Both the position numbers and the translations under genes were made by a program. This document shows, piece by piece, positions 30,990-44,000 of a stretch of 64,000 nucleotides of DNA. The notes under the pieces were generated by a model, which saw only the letters and a program-made list of their open reading frames with translations, had not been told where the DNA came from and searched no databases. This DNA comes from Amoebidium appalachense (taxonomy: Eukaryota > Protista > Ichthyosporea), in assembly GCA_963693365.1 (NCBI GenBank), contig CAVNZM010000005.1, positions 8,068,710 through 8,132,709 on the forward strand, read 5' to 3'. The number at the start of each line of letters is the position of its first letter. Positions within the stretch are counted from its first letter, which is position 1.

Positions 30990-31430
30990 TCTTCTCTTTC
31001 TCTTTCTCTCTCTCTCTTTCTCTTTCCCTCTTTCTCTGATCTGTCTCTCTCTCTCTCTCCCTCTTCCTTCTCTCTCTCTCTAGTAGTGGCAAGTGGAAAG
31101 AAAAAATAGGTGATACCCTACTTGGTTTTTTTCTTCTCAATTTTATCTAAATCTCATCATGATAGGGTATTTTTGGTTTACGTATACACTTGGCTCAGCT
31201 TGCATGTACGGGAAACACAAGTTAAGCATGTTAAATAACGATACATTGACATATTTCAACCTGTTGACTATCAGTATCCATCATGGGCTTAGTGATTACG
31301 ACCCCGTCTCAACATTGACATCGTAAAAACCAATAAACTGTCTGATCCAAATCACAATGGACCCAATATCGTGCCCCCCCCCCCCCCCCCCCCCCCTAAA
31401 TATGGAACTTTCATGGTGTTACACGGAACT

Positions 31431-31465
<35 letters not shown>

Positions 31466-31777
31466 ACTCATATACTCTTTGAACTCGCAAAGAACCAATC
31501 CCTAATACTTGTACATGTATTGCATACACAAATATACTCGCACATATACATACACACATTCACTTTAATCTTTCAGGCTACATGTGCAATATACATTTAT
31601 TATGCACAGTCGATTAAGAATTCGTTGTGAAACCCCCCCCCCCCCCCCCCTCCTCGTTCCCTCCATATGCAATGGGGATAATATTGTTTCCCGCTATTAA
31701 TTAAAAAATCACCGTTCTAACTTCCTAAGACCGAACCACTTGTAACACCGACAGTTTCGGTTGTGTTGAAACCCCCC

Positions 31778-31813
<36 letters not shown>

Positions 31814-31973
31814 ACCCACCCACCACCACCTTACCAATATACGTTACGTATTGGTACAATATCACCAATACTAATTAAATGTCGTCACGTGTGATGGTGA
31901 TGGCATCCATGTAGCTCTGCAGCAGTGTGTGTGTGCGGTGCGTGTGTGTGTGGTGTGGAGGCCTGGGGTGGGT

Positions 31974-32006
<33 letters not shown>

Positions 32007-32399
32007 GGATAGACAAATACCAGACATGCATAATTGCACATTCTTTTGCAGCTACAGTTTGATGATATTTACCCACCGTGTGCACCACTTGTGACCCCAG
32101 TCTTCCGAGGTGGTGTCATAGGTGGGCGTCAACACCAATAAATTGACTGGTGACGGGTGTACAACCAAAGAAACTCAGCAGCACATATAATAACGTTGAT
32201 GCTATACCCTGCCTAGTTGACGTAATAATTAGTGCACCATCGCACGCGTGACCCCCCCCCCCCCCCCGGGGGGGGGGGTGTTTTTGCCGCGCCGTACCCC
32301 TGATATTGTAAGTGTACACTGCCCCCACAACCCCAACTGTGTGCTGAATATCTCGTGCTAGGAAACCAATAACGCGAAAGTAACACATGCTGCATGATA

Positions 32400-34030
32400 T
32401 ATGATGTATATGGTACAAGGGGGGTTTCAATCCGGGCTACAATGTTGTGTTTTTTTCGGGTGACCCTCGTACTCCAGAGGCACACTCACCATCCCCCCCA
32501 TAAACTTTGTGGTAAATTTCTCGTGCCAGAAGCTGTTCTGTGGGTAGTTATTGAAAAACCAATAATGTCTAGGTAACATATGTACATATACTATGCTACA
32601 GGGGGGGTTCTATACGAGCTACAACGTTGTGTTTTTTTTGTGTGACCCTCGTACTCCAGGGGCACATTCCCCATCCCCCCCATAAACTGTGTGGTAAATT
32701 TCTCGTGCTAGAAGCTGTTCTGTGGGTAGTTATTGAAAAAACCAATAATGTGTAAGCAACACATGTACATATACTATGCTACAAGGGGCGTTCTATTCGA
32801 GCTACAACGTTGTGTTTTTTTCGTGTTACCCTCGTACTCCAGGGGCACATTTACCTTCCCCCCCATAAACTTTGTGGTAAATGTCTCGTGCTAGAGGCTA
32901 TTCTGTTGGTAGTTATTGAAAAAACCAAAAATGTCTAGGTAACACATGGACATATACTATGCTACAAGGGGGGTTCTATACGAGCTACAACGTTGTGTTT
33001 TTTTCGTGTGACCCTCGTACTCCAGGGGCACATTCACCATCCCCCCCATAAACTTTGTGGTAAATATCTCGTGCTAGAAGCTGTTCTGTTGGTAGTTATT
33101 GAAAAAACCAAAAATGTCTAGGTAACACATGGACATATACTATGCTACAAGGGGGGTTCTATACGAGCTACAACGTTGTGTTTTTTTCGTGTGACCCTCG
33201 TACTCCAGGGGCACATTCACCATCCCCCCCATAAACGTTGTGGTAAATATCTCGTGCTAGAAGCTGTTCTGTTGGTAGTTATTGAAAAAACCCAAAAATG
33301 TCTAGGTAACACATGGACATATACTATGCTACAAGGGGGGTTCTATACTAGCTACAACGTTGTGTTTTTTTCGTGTGACCCTCGTACTCCAGGGGCACAT
33401 TCACCATCCCCCCCATAAACTGTGTGGTAAATTTCTCGTGCTAGAAGCTGTTCTACTGGGTAGTTATTGAAAAAACCAACTTGATGTGTAAGCAACACAT
33501 GTACATATACTATGCTACAAGTGGGGTTCTATTCGAGCTACAACGTTGTGTTTTTTTCGTGTGACCCTCGTACTCCAGGGGCACATTTACCATCCCCCCC
33601 ATAAACTTTGTGGTAAATTTCTCGTGCTAGAGGCTGTTCTGTTGGTAGTTATTGAAACTTTAAATAATGTCTAGGTAACATATGTACATATACTATGCTA
33701 CAAGGGGGGTTCTATACGAGCTACAACGTTGTGTTTTTTTCGTGTGACCCTCGTAATGTAGGGGCACATTCACCATCCCCCCCATAAACGTTTTGGTAAA
33801 TTTCCCGTGCTAGAGGCTGTTCTGTGGGTAGTTATTGAAAAAATCAATAATGTCTAGGTAACACATGGACATATACTATGCTACAAGGGGGGTTCTATAC
33901 GAGCTATAATGTTGTGTTTTTTTCGTGTGACCCTCGTACTCCAGGGGCACATTCACCATCCCCCCTTATAATTTGTGGTGAATTTCTCATGGTAGAAGCT
34001 ACTCTGTGGGTAGTTATTGAAAAAACTCGA
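32400..34030 (+). repeat. ~183-bp tandem satellite, about 9 units
   Basis: Unit gtgaccctcgtactccaggggcacattcaccatccccccc..ctgtgggtagttattgaaaaaacc; aacacatggacat recurs at 32941, 33124, 33308. Confidence 0.95.
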
Positions 34031-34279
34031 TGCTTATAAGTAACGCATCATGCGGCACAAATTGTCATCATAGCATTATACTACCATCATAGTTGGTCGA
34101 CAATAACGATATATTGGGAACGTGGACACCATATTGTAAACCAAAAAATAATACCACCATAATATACTACACATACCTAACAATGTATTGTGAATGAATA
34201 AAATACTTGCTTACGTGCTGGTAAAATACGAGAAACAAGGATTCTCTCGCTCCTTTTTTTCTTCTTTTTTGTTTGTTTT

Positions 34280-34322
<43 letters not shown>

Positions 34323-34519
34323 ATGTATGTGTGTGTGTATGTGCTCGGTTGAGAGGGAAGGGGGGGGCGGATGCACCGTGTGTGTGCATGTGTGCACGTG
34401 TGTGTGTGTGTGTGCTCTGTGGAACGGAATGGGAGGGGAGGAAATGCACCGTGTGTGTGCATATGTGTGTGTGTCTCTCTGTATGTGTGTGTGTGTGTGT
34501 TGTGTGTTTGTGTGTGTGT

Positions 34520-34584
<65 letters not shown>

Positions 34585-35412
34585 ATCAATGATAAGCCGG
34601 CCATGTGTTTATCATGGCGCACCGGTAAATGAATGTGGCGATTATGTGTAAATATATAAACGGAAATACATTATAAAAAAGGACTCACTCAACGAGATGA
34701 ACGAGCGTTACAAAACGTACGTGTCTGCCCCCCCCTCCCCCCCCCCCCCCCCCCCCCCCGCGCCCCCCACCCAACCCCCCCTGTCTTCCCTCCTTCCCAC
34801 TACGACCCCCCCCCCCCCCCTGCACGTGTCTGGGTGTATAGATCCTACAGGTAACGATGGCAGGGTTAGGGTTATGGTTTTATTTGTGGAAATTATTGAC
34901 ATAAATATTTTTCTGGGTAAACACGTAGGATGGGTGTCCGATATCAACAGGCTTTGTTTCATGTTTTAGCAGTTCGCGTTCGGCTGCCCGCATACGGGCA
35001 CCTATTAGCCGATCAAAACATCAGATTCCACAGATCACTAGACCGAGTCTGATTGGCTCAGGATAAGATTTCACATAACACTAGATCGGTTTTGATTGGC
35101 TCAGTTCGGTAGCCGTAGGTATATAAGCACGACAGTTTTTAGCAGATCAGCAGGCAACAACACATCTTCTGTGTTTAGCACCTACAGCTTTACAGCTATA
35201 TTTTCTTTTCACCCACCCACCTACACCCTACACTCAACCCCCATTGATCCCCACATACGTGCTGTTTTTTTCACGGGGCGAAGACTTCCCCCGTTTTTTG
35301 GGCACAAGGACCTCACGGATCAATAAATTGATGACTGGGGGCCTGCCGTGGTTTACAACCATTGCAGGTTCACTTTCGTCCAAGGGGATGTCCCCCTAGA
35401 GGCAACACACGT

Positions 35413-35756
35413 CCCGGAGTAGTTTTCATAGATCAGTGAAAGAGTGACAATACATAACCAACTGCAGTGTACATATGCGTGGATGCCCCAGTGATCGTGT
35501 TAATGGCCTCTATAATCATCATAGTGGTCATCATTAAAGCCCCATACAACCACCATAAGGATCGCTAGTTATACCCCCATACGATCATCATAGTGATATC
35601 ATTCTATGCCTCATACGATCATCATAATGATCACATACCAATATCCATACGGTCATCATAATGATCACAAGAAGATGATCTAACGGGCGCAACTGACATG
35701 TGAATTTGTTTTTGCACGCCTCATGGAAAGCGGATGAGGCTCATCAGGTGGCCGCG
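35413..35756 (+). repeat. Direct repeat copy 1 (copy 2 at 47505-47813), with internal catacgatcatcata subrepeats
   Basis: Both copies start cccggagtagtttt(t)cataga and end gcggatgaggctcatcaggtggccgcg. Confidence 0.85.
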
Positions 35757-36444
35757 TCTTAGGTATGTACAAATTCAAGTCTACTTTCCCTATGCACATT
35801 AACAATATAATAATAATTTTTTAACACTAATTACCGTGACCTAGGCGAGGGTTGTCAATTAAGAATAGCACAGTGACCAAGCAAAGCAAACTACATGCAA
35901 AAACCATATTTGCAACGCCTCCGTGTGGTGATACCAAATATGGAACAAAAACTCTATAAGTAACCAATCCGATGCGCCTGCTCATATTCCATGCTGCTGT
36001 GATTGGCTTAATCATGAGCCGGGATGACGGAACGGTGGTGGAAGTAGGGTTTGAGGAGGTGAAACAATGGCAATTGTTGGGGACTAAAAATCAGTGGTTT
36101 TATGTGCAAGCCAAATGGGAAACCGTGCTGGCCCCCACGCGAATTTTGAAGCCGTATATAATCAGATCGTGCATGGCCACCTGTATAGGCATTTGGTATC
36201 CGTTTAAGGAATCGTTCGAGTGTGCGCCCATGGGCCGATCCCGGGCCATGACACACACTAATACGATTGCTTAGCTGGCTTCTCCTCAATTTTTTTTATG
36301 TGGGTAGCCTATTAGGTATGCATGTAAAGTAATTAATTTTCTCTCCCTTTATTCACTTTTTACAAAATGATATTGGAACGGTATCTTATTTTGAGCCAAA
36401 AGATCTCATATTACTATCTGCGTGGATCGCGAACAAGTATCCCG

Positions 36445-37730
36445 ATAGGTATCAGAATGATATTGGGATGATATAGTATGGGAAACATCTGGTGTTGCAG
36501 AAGAGGATATTGGAATGATATCGTACAATTATGTCACAACATCTCATAATGATATATTCATGGGACTAAACAAATATCTGAGAAGTAAAACATAGGTATC
36601 GGAATGATATTGTTATGATATAGTATTGGATACATCTGGTTTTGCAGAAAAGGATACTGGAATGATATCGTACAATTATGTCACAACATCTCATAATGAT
36701 ATATTCGAGGGACTAAACAAATATCTGAAAAGCAAAAAATACATATCGGAATGATATTGTTATGCTATAGTATTGGATACATCTGGTTTTGCAGAAAAGG
36801 ATACTGGAATGATATCGTACAATTATGTCACAACATCTCATAATGATATAGTCGTGGGACTAAACTAATATCTGAAAAGTAAAAAATACATATCGGAATG
36901 ATATTGTTATGCTATAGTATTGGATACATCTGGTTTTGCAGAAAAGGATACTGGAATGATATCGTACAATTATTTCACAACATCTCATAATGATATATTC
37001 GAGGGACTAAACAAATATCTGAAAAGCAAACAATACATATCGGAATGATATTGTTATGATATAGTATTGGATACATCTGGTTTTGCAGAAAAGGTTACTG
37101 GAATGATATCGTACAATTATGTCACAACATCTCATAATGATATAGTCGTGGGACTTAACTAATATCTGAAAAGTAAAAAATACATATCGGAATGATATTG
37201 TTATGCTATAGTATTGGATACATCTGGTTTTGCAGAAAAGGATACTGGAATGATATCGTACAATTATGTCACAACATCTCATAATGATATAGTCGTGGGA
37301 CTTAACTAATATCTGAAAAGCAAACAATACATATCGGAATGATATTGTTATGATATAGTATTGGATACATCTGGTTTTGCAGAAAAGGATACTGGAATGA
37401 TATCGTACAATTATGTCACAACATCTCATAATGATATAGTCGTGGGACTTAACTAATATCTGAAAAGTAAACAATACATATCGGAATGATATTGTTATGC
37501 TATAGTATTGGATACATCTGGTTTTGCAGAAAAGGATACTGGAATGATATCGTACAATTATGTCACAACATCTCATAATGATATAGTCGTGGGACTTAAC
37601 TAATATCTGAAAAGTAAAAAATACATATCGGAATGATATTGTTATGTTATAGTATTGGATACATCTGGATTTGCAGAAAAGGATATTGGAATGATATCGT
37701 ACTATTATGTCACAACATCTCAGAATGATA
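36445..37730 (+). repeat. 147-bp tandem satellite, 8-9 units
   Basis: atatcggaatg at 36743, 36890, 37037; the overlapping ORF repeats every 49 aa. Each unit holds three AATGATAT motifs. Confidence 0.95.
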
Positions 37731-38580
37731 ACGTTTTGGATACTGTCCTAATATCGGAAAGGGGTATAAAAATAATCAAGATATCCGAAAGGGCCTATTT
37801 AGATATTGTGGAGGTATATGAGGATAGTATATCTCTGTGATATCCAAAAAAGTTCTTTCATATCCATTTGGTATCCATTTTTCATCCGGAAAAAAACAGA
37901 TATATTCAGTTTTTCAGAAAATTTTATGATAACTATCTAATATCATTTAGATAAATGTTGACTATCTCAAAAGATATGTAATTGGATGCCGGATGCCATA
38001 CGCCCATCTGCAATATCTACATCCCCATCCCGGAGGGGTATCGGGATGGAAAACATTGGATGGGCGCCTAATATTAGAACGATATTAGACTAATATCTGT
38101 TTTGGAATTTCGGTATCTATGATATCATAAATGTTTTTTGGATGGGGGTCGTCCTTTGCTGATGTAGATATCCAGTTTGATATAATTTAGCAGTCCATTA
38201 AATATATATCGCGATGAGTAGTCTAATATATAAATGATGCCCAATTGGATAAGCAATACCCCCCCCCCCCCCCCCCCCCCCCCCCCGTTGTTGGGATCCT
38301 GGCACTTGCTCAACGACGGCAGCACAAGTCTTTATGTACACGTCATGCCCCACAGAAGCATGACCAGTTTTATCTAAGTCATGCTCACCAGGAGCATATG
38401 ACACACAATCCAACACTTACTTTTGATTATGAACTATTACAGGGTCCAGTGACCTTCTTGCTTACAAACTACACATGTTTTTTTGTTACTACTATAAGAC
38501 GTATTAATAAAGAAAAAAAATAACACAAGATCAACTTGAACACACTGGGCACAATCAAAGATAATTGTTTGGGGGGGGGG

Positions 38581-40363
38581 TTAATCTTCCTTGCTTTTTT
38601 TGGTGGCGCGTTCCTCATCCTCCTCCTCATTGCGCACCCTCTTCTTGCTGCCCTCATCCTCGCTGCCCTCGGCCTCGCTGCCCTCGGCCCCATCGCGCTC
38701 GCTGACGTCGCCGTCCCTGTCCCCCTCTTCCTCGCTGACATCAGCGTTCTTCACTTGCTCACGCTCGCTAGTCTCATCCTCGGGCTCGCTGTTGCTGCCA
38801 TCTCCGCTGACCTGGCCACCGCTGCCGTCAGCCTCAACCGCATCCTCATCACGGCCGCCATCGTTGTCAGACCCCGGCTGCAAGGGGGAGACGGGGGGCT
38901 GCAGTTCTTGCTCGCCTGGGCTGTCATCCTTGTTGGCGTTGCCCCCCTTGCGCACGTCTAAGGCCACCTTGGCCTTGGCGCTTGCAGCCCTCTCGGCCAA
39001 CTTCTTGGCCTGGTACTGGTCAGCCTTGAGCCTGATCTTGACCTTCTCCCAGTTCTTGATGTACTGTATATGGGGGGTACTATGTGCAAGCATGAATGAT
39101 AAAAGGTTATAGAAATGGGGCGGAGGAAGGAGGGGGCGGTGGGTGGGGGGGGGGGGGGGGGGGGGTAAATGTTAGTACCCAATATGTTTCAAGTCCAACA
39201 GCTATGTAAGAAGGATCAACTGAACACCCATCTAACAATGTGTATATGGGGTGAAGCAGGCGACAGTTCCCTAAGCAGGATTCTAAAGAGTAAATTTTGA
39301 ATACAAACTGTTTGCTGACACCTAGGACACAAAAAGTAAACCATTCCACTTGGCAAGTACTGTTCAAAAGTTTACAAGAAGATAAGTGCCAATAAAGCAT
39401 AAAACAACCACTAAAATAAAGGATTACACAGCACACACACCTGCTTGATGGTGGACAGCCTGGCGCCCCCGTTGTAGTCACCACCGACATTATAGTTGAC
39501 GTGGGCCCATTGGATGGGGGTAGACGGGCACTTGTGGGCGTTGGGGTCCTTCAGCAACGACTCCAGGCAGAAAACGACCATGCTAAAAAACTTGGGGTAT
39601 TTCTCAGCAATGTCCTGTTGTGTGTGTGATGGCAGCGTTTGTGCCCGTGTGTGTTTGTGTGTGTTGGCAGTGTGTGTGTTGTTGGAAGTAGAGTCCGCTG
39701 TGACTAGGGTCGTCGTGGCGCGCTTGGGCGCTGACCCGTTTCTTTACTGCTTTTCAGTGTGTTAACTCCATGACTGAAACTCCATGTCTGCACCTGGCAG
39801 AGACGTGGCTTATATACCCGTGAGGCAGCAGTCTGGAATGTAATCCGGATGCCAGGCGCTAATCGGATTGGCTACTTTCATTTAGAGATCTCTGGGACCA
39901 GTGAACCAATCGTTTGCAGTCAAAACACAATTGGCAACATTCCTTAACTATGCAGATGTGCATGTGGTGATCGAGTGTCAGCGTGTGTCTGTGTACACGG
40001 AACCAATTGTAAAGCTAACATACACATATTGTGGAGTGAGCGTAAGTCTGCACTCCAACATGTGTGTGTGTGTGTGTGTGTACTAGTAGTATGTGTGTGT
40101 GTGTGCATGTGTGTGGGGAGGGGGGGGGGGGGGGGGGAGTTAGTGTCAAATAGTGTCTCATGATGAGGCAAGTGATCGGGAAGAACAGAGGAGGAGGGGG
40201 GGGGGGGGGGGGGTCAAGTGAAGGGAAGAGGAAAGGAAAATAAGATAGACAGATAAGAGAGAGAGACATGGGCAGCGACAAGAGGGGGGGAGACAGAGAG
40301 AGGCGGGAAAAAAAGTCGCTTAATAGCAGTATACAGTACTAGTAGCAGTGGGGGGGGGGGGGT

Positions 40364-40398
<35 letters not shown>

Positions 40399-41025
40399 CT
40401 GGCATACCATGGGAGTCAGAGAGCTGATGCGGGTCTTGATCCCCGTGAGCGTGATGCTCTCGAACACACGGTTGAACTCACGCCATCCGAATGGATGGGA
40501 GGTGCCTGGGTCAGCTGAATACTTGCGGCCACATGGATACCCCATCACCACAACCTCGTCGATCAGCTCCACCCACTTGGCCTCCCGGTCGTTACGGGAA
40601 GTGGCATACTCCATGATCTGCAAACAATAAAAATCAGGGTGTCGTTGAACCTCCCAAGACGTGTACGAACAAATGCTAAACATATTAAACACGTATCCAT
40701 CGGTTGTCCAACAGATAGGTAAGCATACGTTTGTTATCTCGATAGGGGTGTACACGATATGCAATAGATATGTATTATCCAATGAACATGTATGTGAAAG
40801 GATATCCAACGGATACCCATTAAACGACTACCGCAGACCAACGGTTTAGTACTTTCTGTGCATGTGTAAACCATATTTGCATAATCATTATGGTGTGGAT
40901 GTGGAAGTGATCGTAAATGTTCTCTTTTTTGATTTTTAAATTTTTTGGAGGTGATGGGGTGTGTGTTATGTTTGAGTGTGTCTGGGAGAGGGGGGGGGGG
41001 GGGGGTTATGTGTGTGCGTGTGTGT

Positions 41026-41056
<31 letters not shown>

Positions 41057-44000
41057 GGGGGGGGGGGAATACCGATGAGTTGGTGTCAGGCACTGGGTAG
41101 TGGACGAAGGCATTGCGTATGTTGCCGTGAACCATGGATCTGACTGTGGTCAGCCCCGTGCGGATGGCCGTAACGACCTTCTTGGCGTCTGTACCACGGG
41201 TCGCGCTGGCCAAAATGCTCGTCCAGTGTTCCTTGCCCCTTGAGCTCAGTACATCATGTGCAGTCGGCATCACAGTCTTGATGGCCTCGAGGGTAGCAAG
41301 GGCCAGACTACAATTGTCCAACTCGTTGACAGTGGGGTTGACCAACAGCATCACCTGGTAGACCTGGTGAGACTTGGTGAACTGCTTGACGTTGTCATTC
41401 TGTGGCAAACATGGGAGAGTGGATGGTGTGGGTGTGTGCGTGCGTGTGCGTGCGTGCGTGTTTTTTTTTTTTTTTGGGAGGGTGGGTGTTTTGGAAAGGG
41501 GGGGGGGGGGGGGGGGGGTTAGTTTGAGGTCACACAAACTGGCCATTAAAATACAAACGAAAACAGGAGTAAAACCTAGTCAAGTTCGAAATTTGTGATG
41601 GTTTGATAGTAGGGGTAAACCTGCAAATCGTGAGAACTTTTCCCAGAAACTCGTATATCTTGTGAAGGGATGATTATTTTTAAAAGCGGAAAAAACCTTT
41701 ATAATACAATTTTAAGTCCTCTACTAGGAACTGGTACTTAAAACAACAAAGCGACAGCAGTTTAGTTCAAGCAGTTGATTTGTCGACCATACCTTCAAAT
41801 CAATTAGAGAACCCTGTAGATCATGATAGGCTCTTGACTGTCGGATGATCGATCTATCACATGTCGCCGCAAAACAAAACAAGAGGTCCCGTCGAGTGCC
41901 CACACTATCTATTCTCCCACTTTCTCCTAGCTCTTTTTACGGTCACTAAAACTCCGAGGCTTCGAGGCCAAACATACACAAGGACAAGTAAAATGGCATT
42001 TGCCGACATTATTCTTGTGCCCCGGCTTGACACAAGCGACATGGTTGACATAGAGTACAAGGATGATGCGCAGTTACTGAAAATCAAGCATTATCCTCAC
42101 TTGGAAGTCCTGCTTACCATCTGGGAGGATACAGCACACATATACTACGCAAACGTCACAACTGCGGAATATGAAGCTGTTCTGCGTCAAAAGGAACTCT
42201 TATTTTTAAACAATCAGACGGCAGCCCCATAGTCGCTCGTGGGCATCACATCATCCTCCGTGTCACTCCCACTTCCTTCACCTTCTTCCCCTACATCTTC
42301 CCACATGCTCCTCCCCCTGTATCTCTCCTCCCACTCCTCCTTTGCGCTCTGTTCCCCTCGCCCTCCTGTGCGTACTCGCTTTCGCTAACATCCTGCTCCG
42401 CATCATTGGTGGTGTTGTTCGGTTTCGCTGCGGCGCTTGTGTTCTCCAACCCCTTGTTCCGTGTCTTTAGGTGCCGCTTGCACAGTCGCACCCCTCCGTG
42501 TTCGTGGCTTGGCATGGCTTTGAGGCCACAAAGTTCCCCCCGACTGCTTGTTTGCTTGGCAGGGACCGATAACCAGTGCCACTAAGGCCTTTTGCTTCTT
42601 TCTTCCCTCCGCTGCCTTTGCCCGTTCCTCCTTCTTCTGCTTCTCCTCCGCCACAACACGTTCCTTCTCCCTTCTGCCGTCCAAGTGCTGCTCGCTTGTT
42701 CCGATCATGCACCCCTGTTGCTTTTACGTTTTCGCACTATCGTGGCGTTGCTGTTTGGGTTGCGTTCTGCGAGTGGTGCTCGACCGTGTGGTGGTGTTTG
42801 CTGGGGCGTGCTGGTGGGGTCGGCTGTTTGCGCGGGGGGTTGGGTGGGGAGGGGGCCTGCCTGCTCGGGACGAATGTTGTGCACTGTACCGAACCGCTGT
42901 CTTGCTGTTTTGAGGGCAAAGACTTCTGCCTCCAATTCGGGTGTCGCCGGGTGTGCTCGAGGTATATTGTGCTGGTGCTCCAACCGTCATCAGAGTAGGC
43001 TAGCAACGCGTCTGGGTGGATATACTTAACGGCCGTTTCCATTTCCTCTGACATGAGACTCGAGGGCACTACAATGGTGGGTGGAGGGCGTCACCGGACG
43101 CAACAATAGTAGGAATGATGGATAGGTGCCAGCCTTGCTCCGCAAACCCATAGCCGACTTTGTATGTTTTTCATGTCTGTGACCGTGAGAAGTTTCTGAC
43201 CCGCACGCACGTTGGTTATGCGCAGTTGTTTCTCGTCGTCATTGAACAGATTCTTCTCCACGTTTATCTGCTTTTCTTCCACCAGTTCCTCCACGTTTAT
43301 CTGCTTTTCTTCCACCAGTTCCTCCACCATATCAAACCACGAATTCATCTTCTCCTCCGTGAGAGCGGAAACACGCGCTTTCGAAAGTTCGTTTGGTTTG
43401 CGGAAATTGAGGTTGTAATTATAACCGTGCTGTTTGGCACGGCGTTCGAACAAATTGAACCACCCCTCACCCGGAAGCCCGTCTGCTGTATTGAATTTTT
43501 TGCCGTTACGCTCAGCAATGTCCCGTGCAGAACTTCAGCACGAGAAACCCCCAACCCCCTCCCAGCCAGGAACACCAGCCCACTAGCAAGGCCAATCTCC
43601 TCATCTCAGTGTTAGAATGGGCTTAGGGCCCGGTTTCTTGTTTCCATACTCAGGGTCTTTTTTGTGTCTGTATAGGGTTGCAACGGAAATGCCAGTGGTT
43701 GCAGCTACTTCGGCAACCCGTTGCTTGACTGAGCTTCTCTTCTTTAGCTGTCTAGTTGCCTGTTCCATGAACATGGGATTATACTTGGGCCCGTACTTGT
43801 AACCCTGCTTTATTACACTAGGTGCACTGCGAGTGGGCCCTTTTTTGCGAAGCTTAGGCATATGCTTGTTTTTTTTGGGAGCCTTTGCCATTTTCTGACA
43901 CGCAGTTACAACAGTGCTGTACTATGCTAGTCACGGTGTTGTGGTCAGTAATGAAGGCCAATGCTACCCCGAGCATCACGTGCTCACACCAGCTACCTAC

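Larger units (their letters stand above)
29677..34863. repeat. Left arm of a giant inverted repeat
   Basis: Reverse-complement matches to 48683-54363 at the outer end (aacttatgaagtctagagaagcag), the promoter block, 31509-31840, the satellite, 34030-34105 and 34680-34863. Arm-specific extra segments at ~30655-31508, ~31840-32300 and ~34105-34680. Confidence 0.9.

Noticed and set aside
35972-36274. 100-aa plus-strand ORF
   Set aside because: No recognisable motif or homolog in the window; too little evidence to call a gene.
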